A stretch of DNA of 64,000 nt, from NCBI GenBank assembly GCA_963665665.1, contig OY762428.1:5120001-5184000 (forward strand), written 5' to 3'. Positions 33,103 to 42,765 of the stretch are shown one piece after another; position 1 is the first letter of the stretch; every line of letters starts with the position of its first letter. Under the pieces are notes generated by a model. It worked only from the letters and a program-made list of their open reading frames with translations. It was not told the DNA's origin and did no database searches. The DNA is from Candidatus Kapaibacterium sp. (GTDB lineage Bacteria; Bacteroidota; Ignavibacteria; Kapaibacteriales; UBA2268). The position numbers and the translations under genes were made by a program.

Positions 33103-36100
33103 TCAACTGAATTTTTTCATCTCTTTATGTAAAATTTCCAATTGTTTACCAAAGTTAATTAATTCTTTTCTGTTCCAAACATGTGAGCGTACCCATTGGC
33201 TGTCATCACAATCAGGCATGGCCATTGATGTAAAAAGCAGCCTTGCCTTATATTGCTTTTGCGAAGGGTATTGCATGGAAAGAAAATAGGCGTAAATTTT
33301 CATTTGTAGCAGATAGTGATCGGAAAGTTTATCAAGGTTCCCGGCGTTTTCCGCTTTGTTTGTTTTCCAGTCCCATATTTCCATATTTCCGGCAGGGTCT
33401 CGAATGATCATATCAATTGTTCCGTTCAAAATATCATTTCCAACGGGAATGCTCATAAATACTTCATTTTCAGCATTTTGTATCCTTTTTGCCGATTTTT
33501 TAATTAATTCTGTGGAACTAAGGGATATTATCTCTTCCAGAATTTTATCAGAATATTTATTGTAATCACCCGGTATTTCCGAAATTACGTTTTCAATAGT
33601 ATTCGATAGCTCCTTTCGGTTTGTTTTTCCGTCACTTTTCAGCCACGATGAAATATTTTCCAGAACTTTGTGTACTATGGTTCCTTTTTCCGAGCCTGCA
33701 AATTCGCTGTTTTCACCATTATCAAAATATACAGGTTCTTTATCCGGATCAAATCCAAGAATATATTTCCTGAAATACCCCGGTTCATTTTCTGTAAAGG
33801 ACATAATTTTACTCGGGGAAAATATCTCTGAGAAATCCCCGGGTTTTGTTCTCTCTAAAAGAAATTTCCCTTGTTTCACAGATTTTACAGGTGACGTTGT
33901 GTCGGTGGAGTTTTCAATATATTTCGTTATTGTAATTGGATATCTGACAGGGTGGGTTTCAATCTGATTATTAACAAGTAATTTCAGATTGTCTGTGATT
34001 TCCACTTTTGTAACATTTTCCGTTAACGTTTCAAGATTCAGATTTCTAAGGAATTTGTTTTTGAAAATTAATTCAAGGGAACCCTTTAGCTTGTTTTTGA
34101 TAGTAGCGCTGATGATCAATCTGTCTTCGGCCCTAGTCATTGCCACGTATAGCAATCTTTTTGCTTCAGCATGATTTTTTGTTTTTTCAATTTCTTTGTT
34201 CAGCAGATGAATAGCCGGATCAACGGGAAATTCAATTCTGTTGGAATTGTTATTAATTTTGAAGGATAGTCCTAATTCATCGGTCTGAATCAGAGAATCC
34301 GTGCGATTGTTTTCGGAATTGCTGTCGAAAATGGCAACAACCGGGAATTCGAGGCCTTTCGATGCATGAATTGTCATAATATTTACAATTTCGGAATTTT
34401 GGAAAGTCATGGCTTCGGATTCATCAGAGCCGATCTTTGTCAGCATATCCGTATCATACAGGAAATCATAAATTGTATTAAATCCTCTTTTCTCGAATTT
34501 ACGTGCCCAGGCAGAAAGTTTATCAATATTGGCATACATTTGCGGGCATGATTCGTAACGCACAGTGGTGGCATACCATGCCGTTTTTTCAAGAATATCG
34601 GCAATTAGTTCTGTAATAGTCATTTCGTCGGCAATGCTGATAATTTCCCTCAATATCTCTCTGGCTCTTACAATCATCTTTTTATGATTCTCATTCGGCA
34701 GAATGTTGATTTCAATATTTATCATTTTTTGATAGAGGGTTTCTCCCTTGATTCCTGATATTATCAGCATAAGCGTATCATCGAAGCTGAAGTATGGGGA
34801 TTTAAGTATTGCGGACAGAGCGAGATCGTCGTGATTGTCGGTAATGAATTTCAAAAAAGAGATAATATCCCTGATTTCCGGCGAGTCAAAAAAGCCTCTT
34901 CCTGAATGAACTGCAAAGGGTATTTTTTCTTTCCTGAAAGCATCGGTAAGTTCATCTAATTTCGTTCTGCTTCTAATTAGCACCGCAACGTCGCCAAATC
35001 TGATTTTTCGGGATACACCTTTCTCATCAATAATATCATTGTTAACCATTGCCATAATTTTTCGTGCAAGTAAAACTGCTTCCGGGTTGTATTCCGTATT
35101 TGTATCCGTATCCTCTTCGAAATTAATAAGCATATCGATACTTCCACAGAATCCATTTTTATCAATAACCCTTGCTGTATTTCTTCCACAAATAAAATCC
35201 GAATAACTAACATCGTAGGATGAGTAGTTCGATTTCATAATTTCTGAACAAACAATGTTGGTGAAAGATGCAATTACAGGTTGCAGCCTGAATGTTGATG
35301 ATAATTTAAGATTGCCTGTTGATTCCTCCTTTGATAAAGCAGGGATTAACTCATTTTTTATTTGAAAATCAGGATTGATAAACTCTGAGCCTAACATTTT
35401 ACGGTTAACTTCAGCAATATCCATGGCTGCCTGAAGGAATATTCTCACGTCAGCGTTTCTGAATCCGTATATGCTTTGCTTTTCGTCTCCCACCACAAAC
35501 AAGTTCACCCCGAGTGTGCTACCGGCGAAATTTCCGGGAGCAAGTAGTTTGATAATTTCGTATTGAATTTTATTCGTATCCTGAAACTCATCCACGAGAA
35601 GATATTTAATTCCTTTTCGAATTTCGGAAGCAACTAATTTGTCTTTCAGCAGAACATGTGCTTTTACAAGCATATCCGAGTAATCAATATAGCCATTCTC
35701 TGATTTTTTTTCCGAATAAAGATCAATGGCCTGCCTGCTAATATCAAAAAATGCATTCCTGTGTGCGATTAGTTTCTCGTCGAATTCAAAATTCTGAAAA
35801 ATTTCAAGGGCCTTTCTTGCAGCTCTTATATTATCCTGCATGGAGGAATATTCAATAAAATCTTCAATAACAATTTTCCGAAGGTAACGCCTGCTAATAC
35901 CATCATCTTTTGTAATATGATCGGAAGCTAATATGGTTTCCAATAAAATAAAAATATCGGATATTATTTTTTCATCCGGCGGGGAGGATATTTTATCAAA
36001 CATATCAATTATTTTTTTCACATTGGCCGACAGATCGGCAATTTTTTCTTTATACCCGGGATGATAGCCGCCGTTGGCAATTATACTCAGATTTTTATCA

Positions 36101-36753
36101 AGTAAGAGCATTCCCGTGCTGATATTTGAAATATATAATCTATTGAATAATTCATTCCTGCGTTTAAAAATATCTTCATCAGCTATTTTTCCCGAATCTG
36201 CCTGCCTGAAATCTTCAGTACCAGAAATAAATTCATAGATCAGCCCTGCAAGCCTTCCCGGCCCGTGTATTTTTAATAATTGTTTCAGACCGTCTTTTTT
36301 TTCATTATCTGCAAATTCCAGGGTATCTTCGATTACCCGGTCAATTGATTCCATAATCAGGCGAAACTGTTCTGTTTCAGGAATATCAATAAAATTCGGA
36401 TCAACATCTGCTTCGATAGGGTAATCACGAAGAAGGGATGAACAGAAGCTATGAATAGTGGATATTCTTGCGCCGGTCAGCCTTTCCCTGATTCTTCGAA
36501 GTTTTTTGATTCTTGCCGAACTGTTTTCCGGACACCGTTCTTCGGTTTCGATAAGGGCGGTTACCCTGCTGATCATTTCCGAGGCAGCTTTTTTTGTAAA
36601 TGTGATGGCAACAATTTCCGACGGATCAGTACCACTTAGAATAATATCGCAGTATCGATTCACCAAAACTCTTGTTTTACCTGATCCTGCATTAGCAGTC
36701 AGAGAAATCCAGCGATCTATACTTCTGGCAATTTTTTGTTCTCTTGTATCCAT
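33103..36753 (-). CDS. UvrD-type helicase with C-terminal PD-(D/E)XK nuclease (AddA/RecB-like)
   Basis: ANAGSGKT, AITFTKKAA, DEFQDT, VGDEKQSIYGFR, MTIHASKGLEF, YVAMTRA; nuclease GTID...DWKT...Q..IY; start set at MDTREQK. Confidence 0.9.
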   Translation of the reverse strand: MDTREQKIARSIDRWISLTANAGSGKTRVLVNRYCDIILSGTDPSEIVAITFTKKAASEMISRVTALIETEERCPENSSARIKKLRRIRERLTGARISTIHSFCSSLLRDYPIEADVDPNFIDIPETEQFRLIMESIDRVIEDTLEFADNEKKDGLKQLLKIHGPGRLAGLIYEFISGTEDFRQADSGKIADEDIFKRRNELFNRLYISNISTGMLLLDKNLSIIANGGYHPGYKEKIADLSANVKKIIDMFDKISSPPDEKIISDIFILLETILASDHITKDDGISRRYLRKIVIEDFIEYSSMQDNIRAARKALEIFQNFEFDEKLIAHRNAFFDISRQAIDLYSEKKSENGYIDYSDMLVKAHVLLKDKLVASEIRKGIKYLLVDEFQDTNKIQYEIIKLLAPGNFAGSTLGVNLFVVGDEKQSIYGFRNADVRIFLQAAMDIAEVNRKMLGSEFINPDFQIKNELIPALSKEESTGNLKLSSTFRLQPVIASFTNIVCSEIMKSNYSSYDVSYSDFICGRNTARVIDKNGFCGSIDMLINFEEDTDTNTEYNPEAVLLARKIMAMVNNDIIDEKGVSRKIRFGDVAVLIRSRTKLDELTDAFRKEKIPFAVHSGRGFFDSPEIRDIISFLKFITDNHDDLALSAILKSPYFSFDDTLMLIISGIKGETLYQKMINIEINILPNENHKKMIVRAREILREIISIADEMTITELIADILEKTAWYATTVRYESCPQMYANIDKLSAWARKFEKRGFNTIYDFLYDTDMLTKIGSDESEAMTFQNSEIVNIMTIHASKGLEFPVVAIFDSNSENNRTDSLIQTDELGLSFKINNNSNRIEFPVDPAIHLLNKEIEKTKNHAEAKRLLYVAMTRAEDRLIISATIKNKLKGSLELIFKNKFLRNLNLETLTENVTKVEITDNLKLLVNNQIETHPVRYPITITKYIENSTDTTSPVKSVKQGKFLLERTKPGDFSEIFSPSKIMSFTENEPGYFRKYILGFDPDKEPVYFDNGENSEFAGSEKGTIVHKVLENISSWLKSDGKTNRKELSNTIENVISEIPGDYNKYSDKILEEIISLSSTELIKKSAKRIQNAENEVFMSIPVGNDILNGTIDMIIRDPAGNMEIWDWKTNKAENAGNLDKLSDHYLLQMKIYAYFLSMQYPSQKQYKARLLFTSMAMPDCDDSQWVRSHVWNRKELINFGKQLEILHKEMKKFS

Positions 36754-36944
36754 AATTTTCTTGCATTCATAAAAAATGAAATTTTTTTTTGGCGGAATAT
36801 TATTTCCCGCAAATATTGCTAAACTTAAAAATGAAAGAGCTTTAGCAAAATGAAACATTAAAATATCAAGATGCAGTAAGACTTTCAGTGGAAAATAATC
36901 ATAAAAAAACTATAAAAAAATTTTAGTATGTGCAAAAATTTACC

Positions 36945-36952
36945 TATATTTG
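36945..36952 (+). promoter_or_regulatory. Bacteroidota-type -7 box TATATTTG for the tRNA
   Basis: TAnnTTTG ending 13 bp before the tRNA 5' end. Confidence 0.6.
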
Positions 36953-36965
36953 TAAACGTTATGAC

Positions 36966-37038
36966 CGCGGGGTGGAGCAATTGGCAGCTCGTCGGGCTCA
37001 TAACCCGAAGGTTGCAGGTTCAAGTCCTGCCCCCGCTA
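36966..37038 (+). tRNA. Initiator tRNA-fMet (CAT); CCA not encoded
   Basis: Cloverleaf CGCGGGG...CCCCGCT-A; C1:U72 mismatch; anticodon arm TCGGG-CTCATAA-CCCGA with three G:C pairs; T arm GCAGG-TTCAAGT-CCTGC. Confidence 0.97.
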
Positions 37039-37040
37039 CT

Positions 37041-37068
37041 AAGGCCCTGATAAATCAGGGCTTTTTTT
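37041..37068 (+). terminator. Terminator after tRNA-fMet
   Basis: GCCCTGAT-AA-ATCAGGGC-TTTTTTT. Confidence 0.85.
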
Positions 37069-37249
37069 ATTAATACCTGATTTGTTTTAAAGAACACAAT
37101 TTCGGTGAGGTTTGCGATTCTAAAAAAATATTAATTGAATTTCTTCGAAATAGTTTTTATTATAAACGGTTATAAAAATATCATTTGTTCTTTGTATTAA
37201 TAATTAAAAATATTATTAATATTTTACTTTTCAGTTTGTCGGCAATATT

Positions 37250-39502
37250 ATGTTAAAACCAATTTTTGAAATATTTTCTGGTAATAAAGCCATTATGAAG
37301 GGCCTGACTGACGAGCAGGCGCAGGAACTCAATACCCTGCTTGAACTTTGTAAAGCTAACCTTAAAAGCTTCGATTCGAATTTAATAGTAAAGGCTTTCC
37401 GATGGTGTATTGATGCACATAAGAACAAGATTCGAAAGTCAGGCAAACCATATTTTACGCATCCCGTAGCAGTTTCCAAGATCGTAGTAGAAGAAATGCC
37501 TCTTGATGATATTTCTGTAGCTTCGGCTCTTTTGCATGACGTTCTTGATTACAGTGACGATATTACTCTGAAAGATATTAAATCTGAATTTGGGACTACT
37601 ATTGCAGAAATTGTTGATGGTATAACAAAAATCAGGCATATTGAAGGGCATGGCCTGGGGCAGTTCGATAAATTAAAGAATTACCAGAAGTTATTACTTT
37701 CAATGTTCAAGGATGTCAGGATTATACTGATTAAACTGGCGGACAGGCTTCACAACATGAGGACTATCGAACATTTACCCGAACAGAGACAGCTGAAAAT
37801 AGCAAAGGAAACACAGGAGATATATTCCCGGTTTGCAAACAGGTTTGGGCTTGGAAATATCAAATGGGAACTTGAAGACCTTGCCTTCAAAGTACTGCAA
37901 AGGTCTAAATATTACGAAATAACAAAATCCATCAGCCAGTCCCGTGAAGACAGGGAAAAATATATACTCGATTTTAAAAATCCTATTGTCGAGAGGCTTA
38001 CCAAGGACGGACTGCTGAAAAGAAATAATATTAAATTCAAGATAAGCGGCAGGCCGAAACATATTTACTCTACATATAATAAACTAATCGACAGAAATCT
38101 TCCGATAGAAGAGTTGAACGATCTTTTTGCAGTAAGGATAATAATCGAGGATCCTGATCCAAATCTTTGTTTTTATTTTTATGGTATTGTTTGTGAGCTT
38201 TATAAACCTGTTCCGGGAACTTTTAAGAATTATGTTTATATACCGAAAAACAACGGCTATCAATCATTACATACTGCTGTTGTAGGGCCAAACGGCAAAC
38301 ATGTGGAAGTTCAGTTCAGAACCAGGCCGATGCATGAATTCGCAGAAAAAGGCGTTGCAGCTCACTTCCTTTATAAAAAAGGCCTTATGTCGGCAGAGTC
38401 TGTTCTCGAGGATGAAAACCTTCAGAAATGGATGGACTCGGTAAGGGAAATCTTGGAAAGCGCCGGAGATGAAACACCTCAGGATCTTCTTGACAGCGTT
38501 CAGCGGAATCTGTTCCAGGACGAAATATATGTGTTTACCCCGAAGGAAGAGCTGATTCTGTTGCCAAAGGATTCCACTCCTCTGGATTTTGCATTCCATA
38601 TTCACACACAGATCGGCTTTTCGTGTATAGGAGCAAAGATCAATGGGAAAATCGGGCCTTTGAATACAAAATTGCAAAGCGGGGATTTGGTGGAAATACT
38701 AACTTCCAACAAAGTTATTCCCAAACGGGAATGGCTGAATTATGTTATTACAAGTAAAGCCAGAAATAATATCCATAAATATTTGAAGGACGAGAAACGG
38801 GATGCTGAAAAAAGGGGTAGAGACCTCTGGAATAATAAAATTGAGGCAAACGAGCTTAAGCTAAGTGATTTTGCTATCGAGCAGCTTTTGAAAACATTGA
38901 ATTTTGATACCCAGGGAGAATTCTTTACTGCCATAGGAAAAGGCATCTTCGATTTGGAAAAAAGCTTCGATTATATTTTGTATAAACTCAGGGAAGGCTT
39001 CAAAACTGCTAATGGAGATAAAACCTGGGCCGGTACATTCGGCAGGCATGAATTGCGTGGCAATAACGGAAATGCAGGAAAAGTTCCTGCCAAATTCCCG
39101 GTTTGCTGTTCGCCTCTGATGGGGGATGATGTTATTGGTATTATTAGCGATACCAACGAGCTGTTTGTTCACAGAAGGACTTGTGAGAAGATTAAAGATA
39201 TTATCAACGAACCTCATCCCAATATTGTTGATATTGACTGGGATACTCTTGAAGGAAAGCATTCGAACCAGTTACTAAAGATAATTGCTGACAATCAGCC
39301 AGGTATCCTTAACGACATTACGTCTACAATCATTTCTATGGATAATACAAATATTCTTGGAATTTCCCAGGAAACCGAAGGTGATACTTTTGTGGCTAAA
39401 ATTTCTGTCCACGTTGCCGATCTGGATCATTTGAACAGGCTTTTCAATAATTTATACAAATTTAACAGCATAAAATCCATAGAAAGAATCTCTGCAGAGT
39501 AA
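37250..39502 (+). CDS. Long RelA/SpoT homolog (HD, synthetase, TGS, ACT domains)
   Basis: RKSGKPYFTHP, LLHD, IKLADRLHNMRT, GYQSLHT, EVQFRT, YVFTP...DFAFHIHT, C-terminal ACT-like domain. Confidence 0.93.
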   Translation: MLKPIFEIFSGNKAIMKGLTDEQAQELNTLLELCKANLKSFDSNLIVKAFRWCIDAHKNKIRKSGKPYFTHPVAVSKIVVEEMPLDDISVASALLHDVLDYSDDITLKDIKSEFGTTIAEIVDGITKIRHIEGHGLGQFDKLKNYQKLLLSMFKDVRIILIKLADRLHNMRTIEHLPEQRQLKIAKETQEIYSRFANRFGLGNIKWELEDLAFKVLQRSKYYEITKSISQSREDREKYILDFKNPIVERLTKDGLLKRNNIKFKISGRPKHIYSTYNKLIDRNLPIEELNDLFAVRIIIEDPDPNLCFYFYGIVCELYKPVPGTFKNYVYIPKNNGYQSLHTAVVGPNGKHVEVQFRTRPMHEFAEKGVAAHFLYKKGLMSAESVLEDENLQKWMDSVREILESAGDETPQDLLDSVQRNLFQDEIYVFTPKEELILLPKDSTPLDFAFHIHTQIGFSCIGAKINGKIGPLNTKLQSGDLVEILTSNKVIPKREWLNYVITSKARNNIHKYLKDEKRDAEKRGRDLWNNKIEANELKLSDFAIEQLLKTLNFDTQGEFFTAIGKGIFDLEKSFDYILYKLREGFKTANGDKTWAGTFGRHELRGNNGNAGKVPAKFPVCCSPLMGDDVIGIISDTNELFVHRRTCEKIKDIINEPHPNIVDIDWDTLEGKHSNQLLKIIADNQPGILNDITSTIISMDNTNILGISQETEGDTFVAKISVHVADLDHLNRLFNNLYKFNSIKSIERISAE

Positions 39503-39575
39503 ATTTATATTTTTTGTCTCGAAGATTTTTATTAACTTCATACAAAACTGTAAAACTAACTTATCGTAATTTATC

Positions 39576-40088
39576 GTGAGTTTATCTGCTATCTTCTTTT
39601 TTCTCCTCGGAATCCTGGCAATTGCCAGCGCTATACTTACCGTTGCAAGCAAGAACCCTGTGATGTCAGCATTATCGCTGGTATTTAATTTCTTTATGCT
39701 TGCAGGATTATATCTGACTCTTCAGGCTCAATTCGTGGCTGTTATTCAAATACTGGTTTATGCCGGTGCAATAATGGTATTGGTGATTTTTGTAATAATG
39801 CTTCTTAATCTGGGCGATGAGAAAAGCCTAAAAGAGAAATTTAACTGGCGAAAGGGCCTGGCAATACTTGTTGCTGCGGGCCTGGCAGTGCAGTTTGTTG
39901 TTGCTTTTTTCGCAACGCCCTCGGGAAATGTTCTGCTTCCGGAAGCTTCGGCTGAAATTGGCACACCTGCTTCGATAGGGAATGTATTGTTTAACGATTA
40001 CCTTTTGCCTTTCGAAGCTATTTCGCTTTTATTGCTTGTAGCAATCATCGGATCAGTTATCCTTGCTAAAAGAAGAATTGAAAATTAA
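39576..40088 (+). CDS. nuoJ: NADH-quinone oxidoreductase subunit J
   Basis: NPVMSAL, QILVYAGAIMVLVIFVIMLL, YLLPFE. Confidence 0.93.
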   Translation: MSLSAIFFFLLGILAIASAILTVASKNPVMSALSLVFNFFMLAGLYLTLQAQFVAVIQILVYAGAIMVLVIFVIMLLNLGDEKSLKEKFNWRKGLAILVAAGLAVQFVVAFFATPSGNVLLPEASAEIGTPASIGNVLFNDYLLPFEAISLLLLVAIIGSVILAKRRIEN

Positions 40089-40102
40089 CCGGAGAGTAGA
40101 TC

Positions 40103-40414
40103 ATGTTTGAAAATGTGGCTTTGGAATATTATCTCGGACTTTCGGCTATACTGTTTACAATAGGAAGTATTGGTGTTTTAACCCGCCGAAATGCAATAAT
40201 AATATTTATGTCTATCGAAATAATGTTGAATTCAGTTAATCTGACTCTTGTAGGTTTTTCATCCTTTATGGGGGACTCTGCCGGGCAGATATTTGTTTTC
40301 TTTGTTATGGCCGTAGCTGCTGCCGAAGCAGCAATCGGGCTTGCTATAGTTCTTGCATTGTTCAGGAACAAGAAAACGGTTTACGTGGATGAAGTTAACC
40401 TTATGAAGTGGTAA
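40103..40414 (+). CDS. nuoK: NADH-quinone oxidoreductase subunit K
   Basis: [28 protein letters not shown]. Confidence 0.95.
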   Translation: MFENVALEYYLGLSAILFTIGSIGVLTRRNAIIIFMSIEIMLNSVNLTLVGFSSFMGDSAGQIFVFFVMAVAAAEAAIGLAIVLALFRNKKTVYVDEVNLMKW

Positions 40415-40427
40415 TTTTATTGCACTA

Positions 40428-40458
40428 TAAAAAATCCCGGCTGATGCCGGGATTTTTT
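40428..40458 (+). terminator. Bidirectional terminator between nuoK and blc
   Basis: AAAAAATCCCGGC-TGAT-GCCGGGATTTTTT. Confidence 0.85.
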
Positions 40459-40531
40459 GATTGTGATGAAGGCCTTGAAGGCAATCAATAAAATTAAGTT
40501 ATTGCCTGAAGAATATAGCCCAAAAGCACCG

Positions 40532-41071
40532 TTATTCTTTTTCCTGCTTAACTTGTTCAACAACTATAAGATCATTTGTATTGAATCCAAAGTTTTTGGC
40601 GGTTTCAATGTATAATTCAAGCATTTTGGGTTCTATTGTTCTGCTCCTGCTTAGAATCCACAAATACTTTTTACTTGAGGATGTTACCATCGCTATGCTG
40701 TAGTCTCTTTCTAATTTTATTACTTTGTATTCGGCATAAAACGGCCTGAAAAAACTGACCTCAAGTACAGCAGGGTTGTTCTTATTGACTATACCTGCCA
40801 CTCCTTCAGCCTCCTGCCACTCATTGTCTTCAGTATCAAATCCACGATTAATAACTTTGATATCTCCATCCTCGTCAAGAGAATATTCAGCACTTACTTT
40901 TATCAATCCGTCTTCAAAGCTGTGAGGCAGCCTTGCAATTTCATACCATTTACCAAGATATTTTTCTAATTCAAAATTTTTGACAGCCGGTATTGAATCA
41001 GTTCGCATTTCTTTTGGAATGCTGCATGCGGAAGTAATCAATACAATTGTGAATATGAGTAAATATTTCAT
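40532..41071 (-). CDS. blc: Lipocalin lipoprotein (Blc-like)
   Basis: Lipobox TSAC; YLGKWYEIARL, LEVSFFRPF, YLWILSR. Confidence 0.88.
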   Translation of the reverse strand: MKYLLIFTIVLITSACSIPKEMRTDSIPAVKNFELEKYLGKWYEIARLPHSFEDGLIKVSAEYSLDEDGDIKVINRGFDTEDNEWQEAEGVAGIVNKNNPAVLEVSFFRPFYAEYKVIKLERDYSIAMVTSSSKKYLWILSRSRTIEPKMLELYIETAKNFGFNTNDLIVVEQVKQEKE

Positions 41072-41213
41072 TTTATTGTCAGATATGTAAAACAAAAAAT
41101 ACTGTTACAAATCAATATTATATTCTAAGACTTTGAAAAAAATGGATTATTTCATCTTTTTTTGTTTTTGAACCCTCAAATTCTTAATTTTCTGAAAATA
41201 AATAAATCCGGGA

Positions 41214-41756
41214 ATGAACATGGACAAGAAAAAAGCTGAAGAAATCCTGATTGAAAAAGGATATGAAGATTTTAAGTGGATCGGTGGATGGGATATAGTT
41301 GTCAGGAACTGGGTGCGTTTTAAATGTATGTACGGGTGTTCAAGCTACGGACATAAGGGTAGTTGTCCGCCAAACACACCTTCGGTAAGGGAATGTAAGG
41401 ATTTTTTTAACGAGTATGAACACATTGCTCTTATCAGACTGAAAAAGAGATTTTCCGACCCGACAGAAAGAATATCGTGGAGTAGAAAAGAAAACAAAAG
41501 ACTTATTGAATTGGAAAGGGCTTTTTTCCTGAATCAGAATTATAAAGCTTTTATACTTTTTATGGATGAATGCAGAATTTGCAGTGAGTGTAGCGGTAGT
41601 AAATCAGACTGTAAAAGTCCGGATCAGTCGAGGCCATCACCCGAGGGCCTTTCTGTTGATGTTTTCGAGACAGTTAGAAAAGCAGGATATGACATTGATG
41701 TCCTTACTGATTTTAATAAAGAAATGAGCCGTTTTGCCTTTTTATTAATCGAATAA
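41214..41756 (+). CDS. DUF2284-like Cys-rich metal-binding protein
   Basis: KCMYGC..YG...SCPP, CRICSEC, RPSPEGLSVDVF.TV. Confidence 0.8.
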   Translation: MNMDKKKAEEILIEKGYEDFKWIGGWDIVVRNWVRFKCMYGCSSYGHKGSCPPNTPSVRECKDFFNEYEHIALIRLKKRFSDPTERISWSRKENKRLIELERAFFLNQNYKAFILFMDECRICSECSGSKSDCKSPDQSRPSPEGLSVDVFETVRKAGYDIDVLTDFNKEMSRFAFLLIE

Positions 41757-41772
41757 TGTGTAAGTGTAAGCT

Positions 41773-42765
41773 TTAAACATGGTTTAAACTCTCACTTTTA
41801 CGGATTAAATAAGCATCAGTTAGAACTATTGAGGTGACGGCTTCGATAATAACCGGTACCCGAAGTGCGAAACATGCGTCATGCCTGCCTGATATTTCAA
41901 GTGTTTCGGATTCTCCTGTTTCGAAGTTGAATGATCTCTGCTTTCCGGGAATACTTGCCGGAGGCCTGACTGCAACGCGAAAAACAATATCGTTCCCATT
42001 ACTAATACCACCGTTTATTCCACCTGAATTATTTGTTAATGTTCGTCCGCTGTTATCCTCATACTCGTCATTATATTCCGAGCCGAACATATCAGGAGTT
42101 CTGAATCCGGCCCCGAACTCAATTCCTTTTATACCTGGTATGCTGAATATCGCATGAGATATTACTGATTCAAGAGAATCGAAGAAAGGGTTACCCAGGC
42201 CTTCCGGAATATTTTTTACGGTACATTCTATGATTCCACCAACAGAATCATTCCTGCTAATAGCTTCTTCAACAGCTTTCTCAATATCAGTACTTCCGTG
42301 AACAGACAGCAATTTTGTACTAATATCAACTCCGTTTAATATTTTATCGGCAATAACACCTGCACATAACAAGGGGAGTGTTATCCTGCCTGAGAAATGG
42401 CCTCCTCCACGGGGGTCGTTAAAGCCATTGAACTTTTTGCGGGCTGTGAAATCAGCATGACCAGGCCGGGGTACTCGTGCTATTTTGGTATAGTCATCTG
42501 ATCTGGTATTACTGTTTTCAAAAGTTATATTAATCGGAGCTCCGGTTGTTAAATCGTTATAAACACCGGAATTAAAATGAGGTATGTCTGATTCTTTTCT
42601 TGGCGTAGTACCTTTTTTTCCGGGTTTTCTCCTTTCAATTTTTTCATTGAAATCATCCAAACGAAGTTTGATACCGGCAGGGCATCCGTCTATTGTTATT
42701 CCAATAGCGGGGCCGTGAGATTCACCGAAAATACTTATTCTGAAAAGTCTTCCGAAGGAGTTCAT
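41773..42765 (-). CDS. aroC: Chorismate synthase
   Basis: FGESHG, PRPGHAD, GGGHFSGR, GGINGGISNG, GRHDAC. Confidence 0.96.
   Translation of the reverse strand: MNSFGRLFRISIFGESHGPAIGITIDGCPAGIKLRLDDFNEKIERRKPGKKGTTPRKESDIPHFNSGVYNDLTTGAPINITFENSNTRSDDYTKIARVPRPGHADFTARKKFNGFNDPRGGGHFSGRITLPLLCAGVIADKILNGVDISTKLLSVHGSTDIEKAVEEAISRNDSVGGIIECTVKNIPEGLGNPFFDSLESVISHAIFSIPGIKGIEFGAGFRTPDMFGSEYNDEYEDNSGRTLTNNSGGINGGISNGNDIVFRVAVRPPASIPGKQRSFNFETGESETLEISGRHDACFALRVPVIIEAVTSIVLTDAYLIRKSESLNHV

Noticed and set aside
36966-37070. tRNA-fMet as an island integration site
   Set aside because: No integrase is present, I saw no duplicate of the tRNA 3' end in the window, and housekeeping genes flank it.
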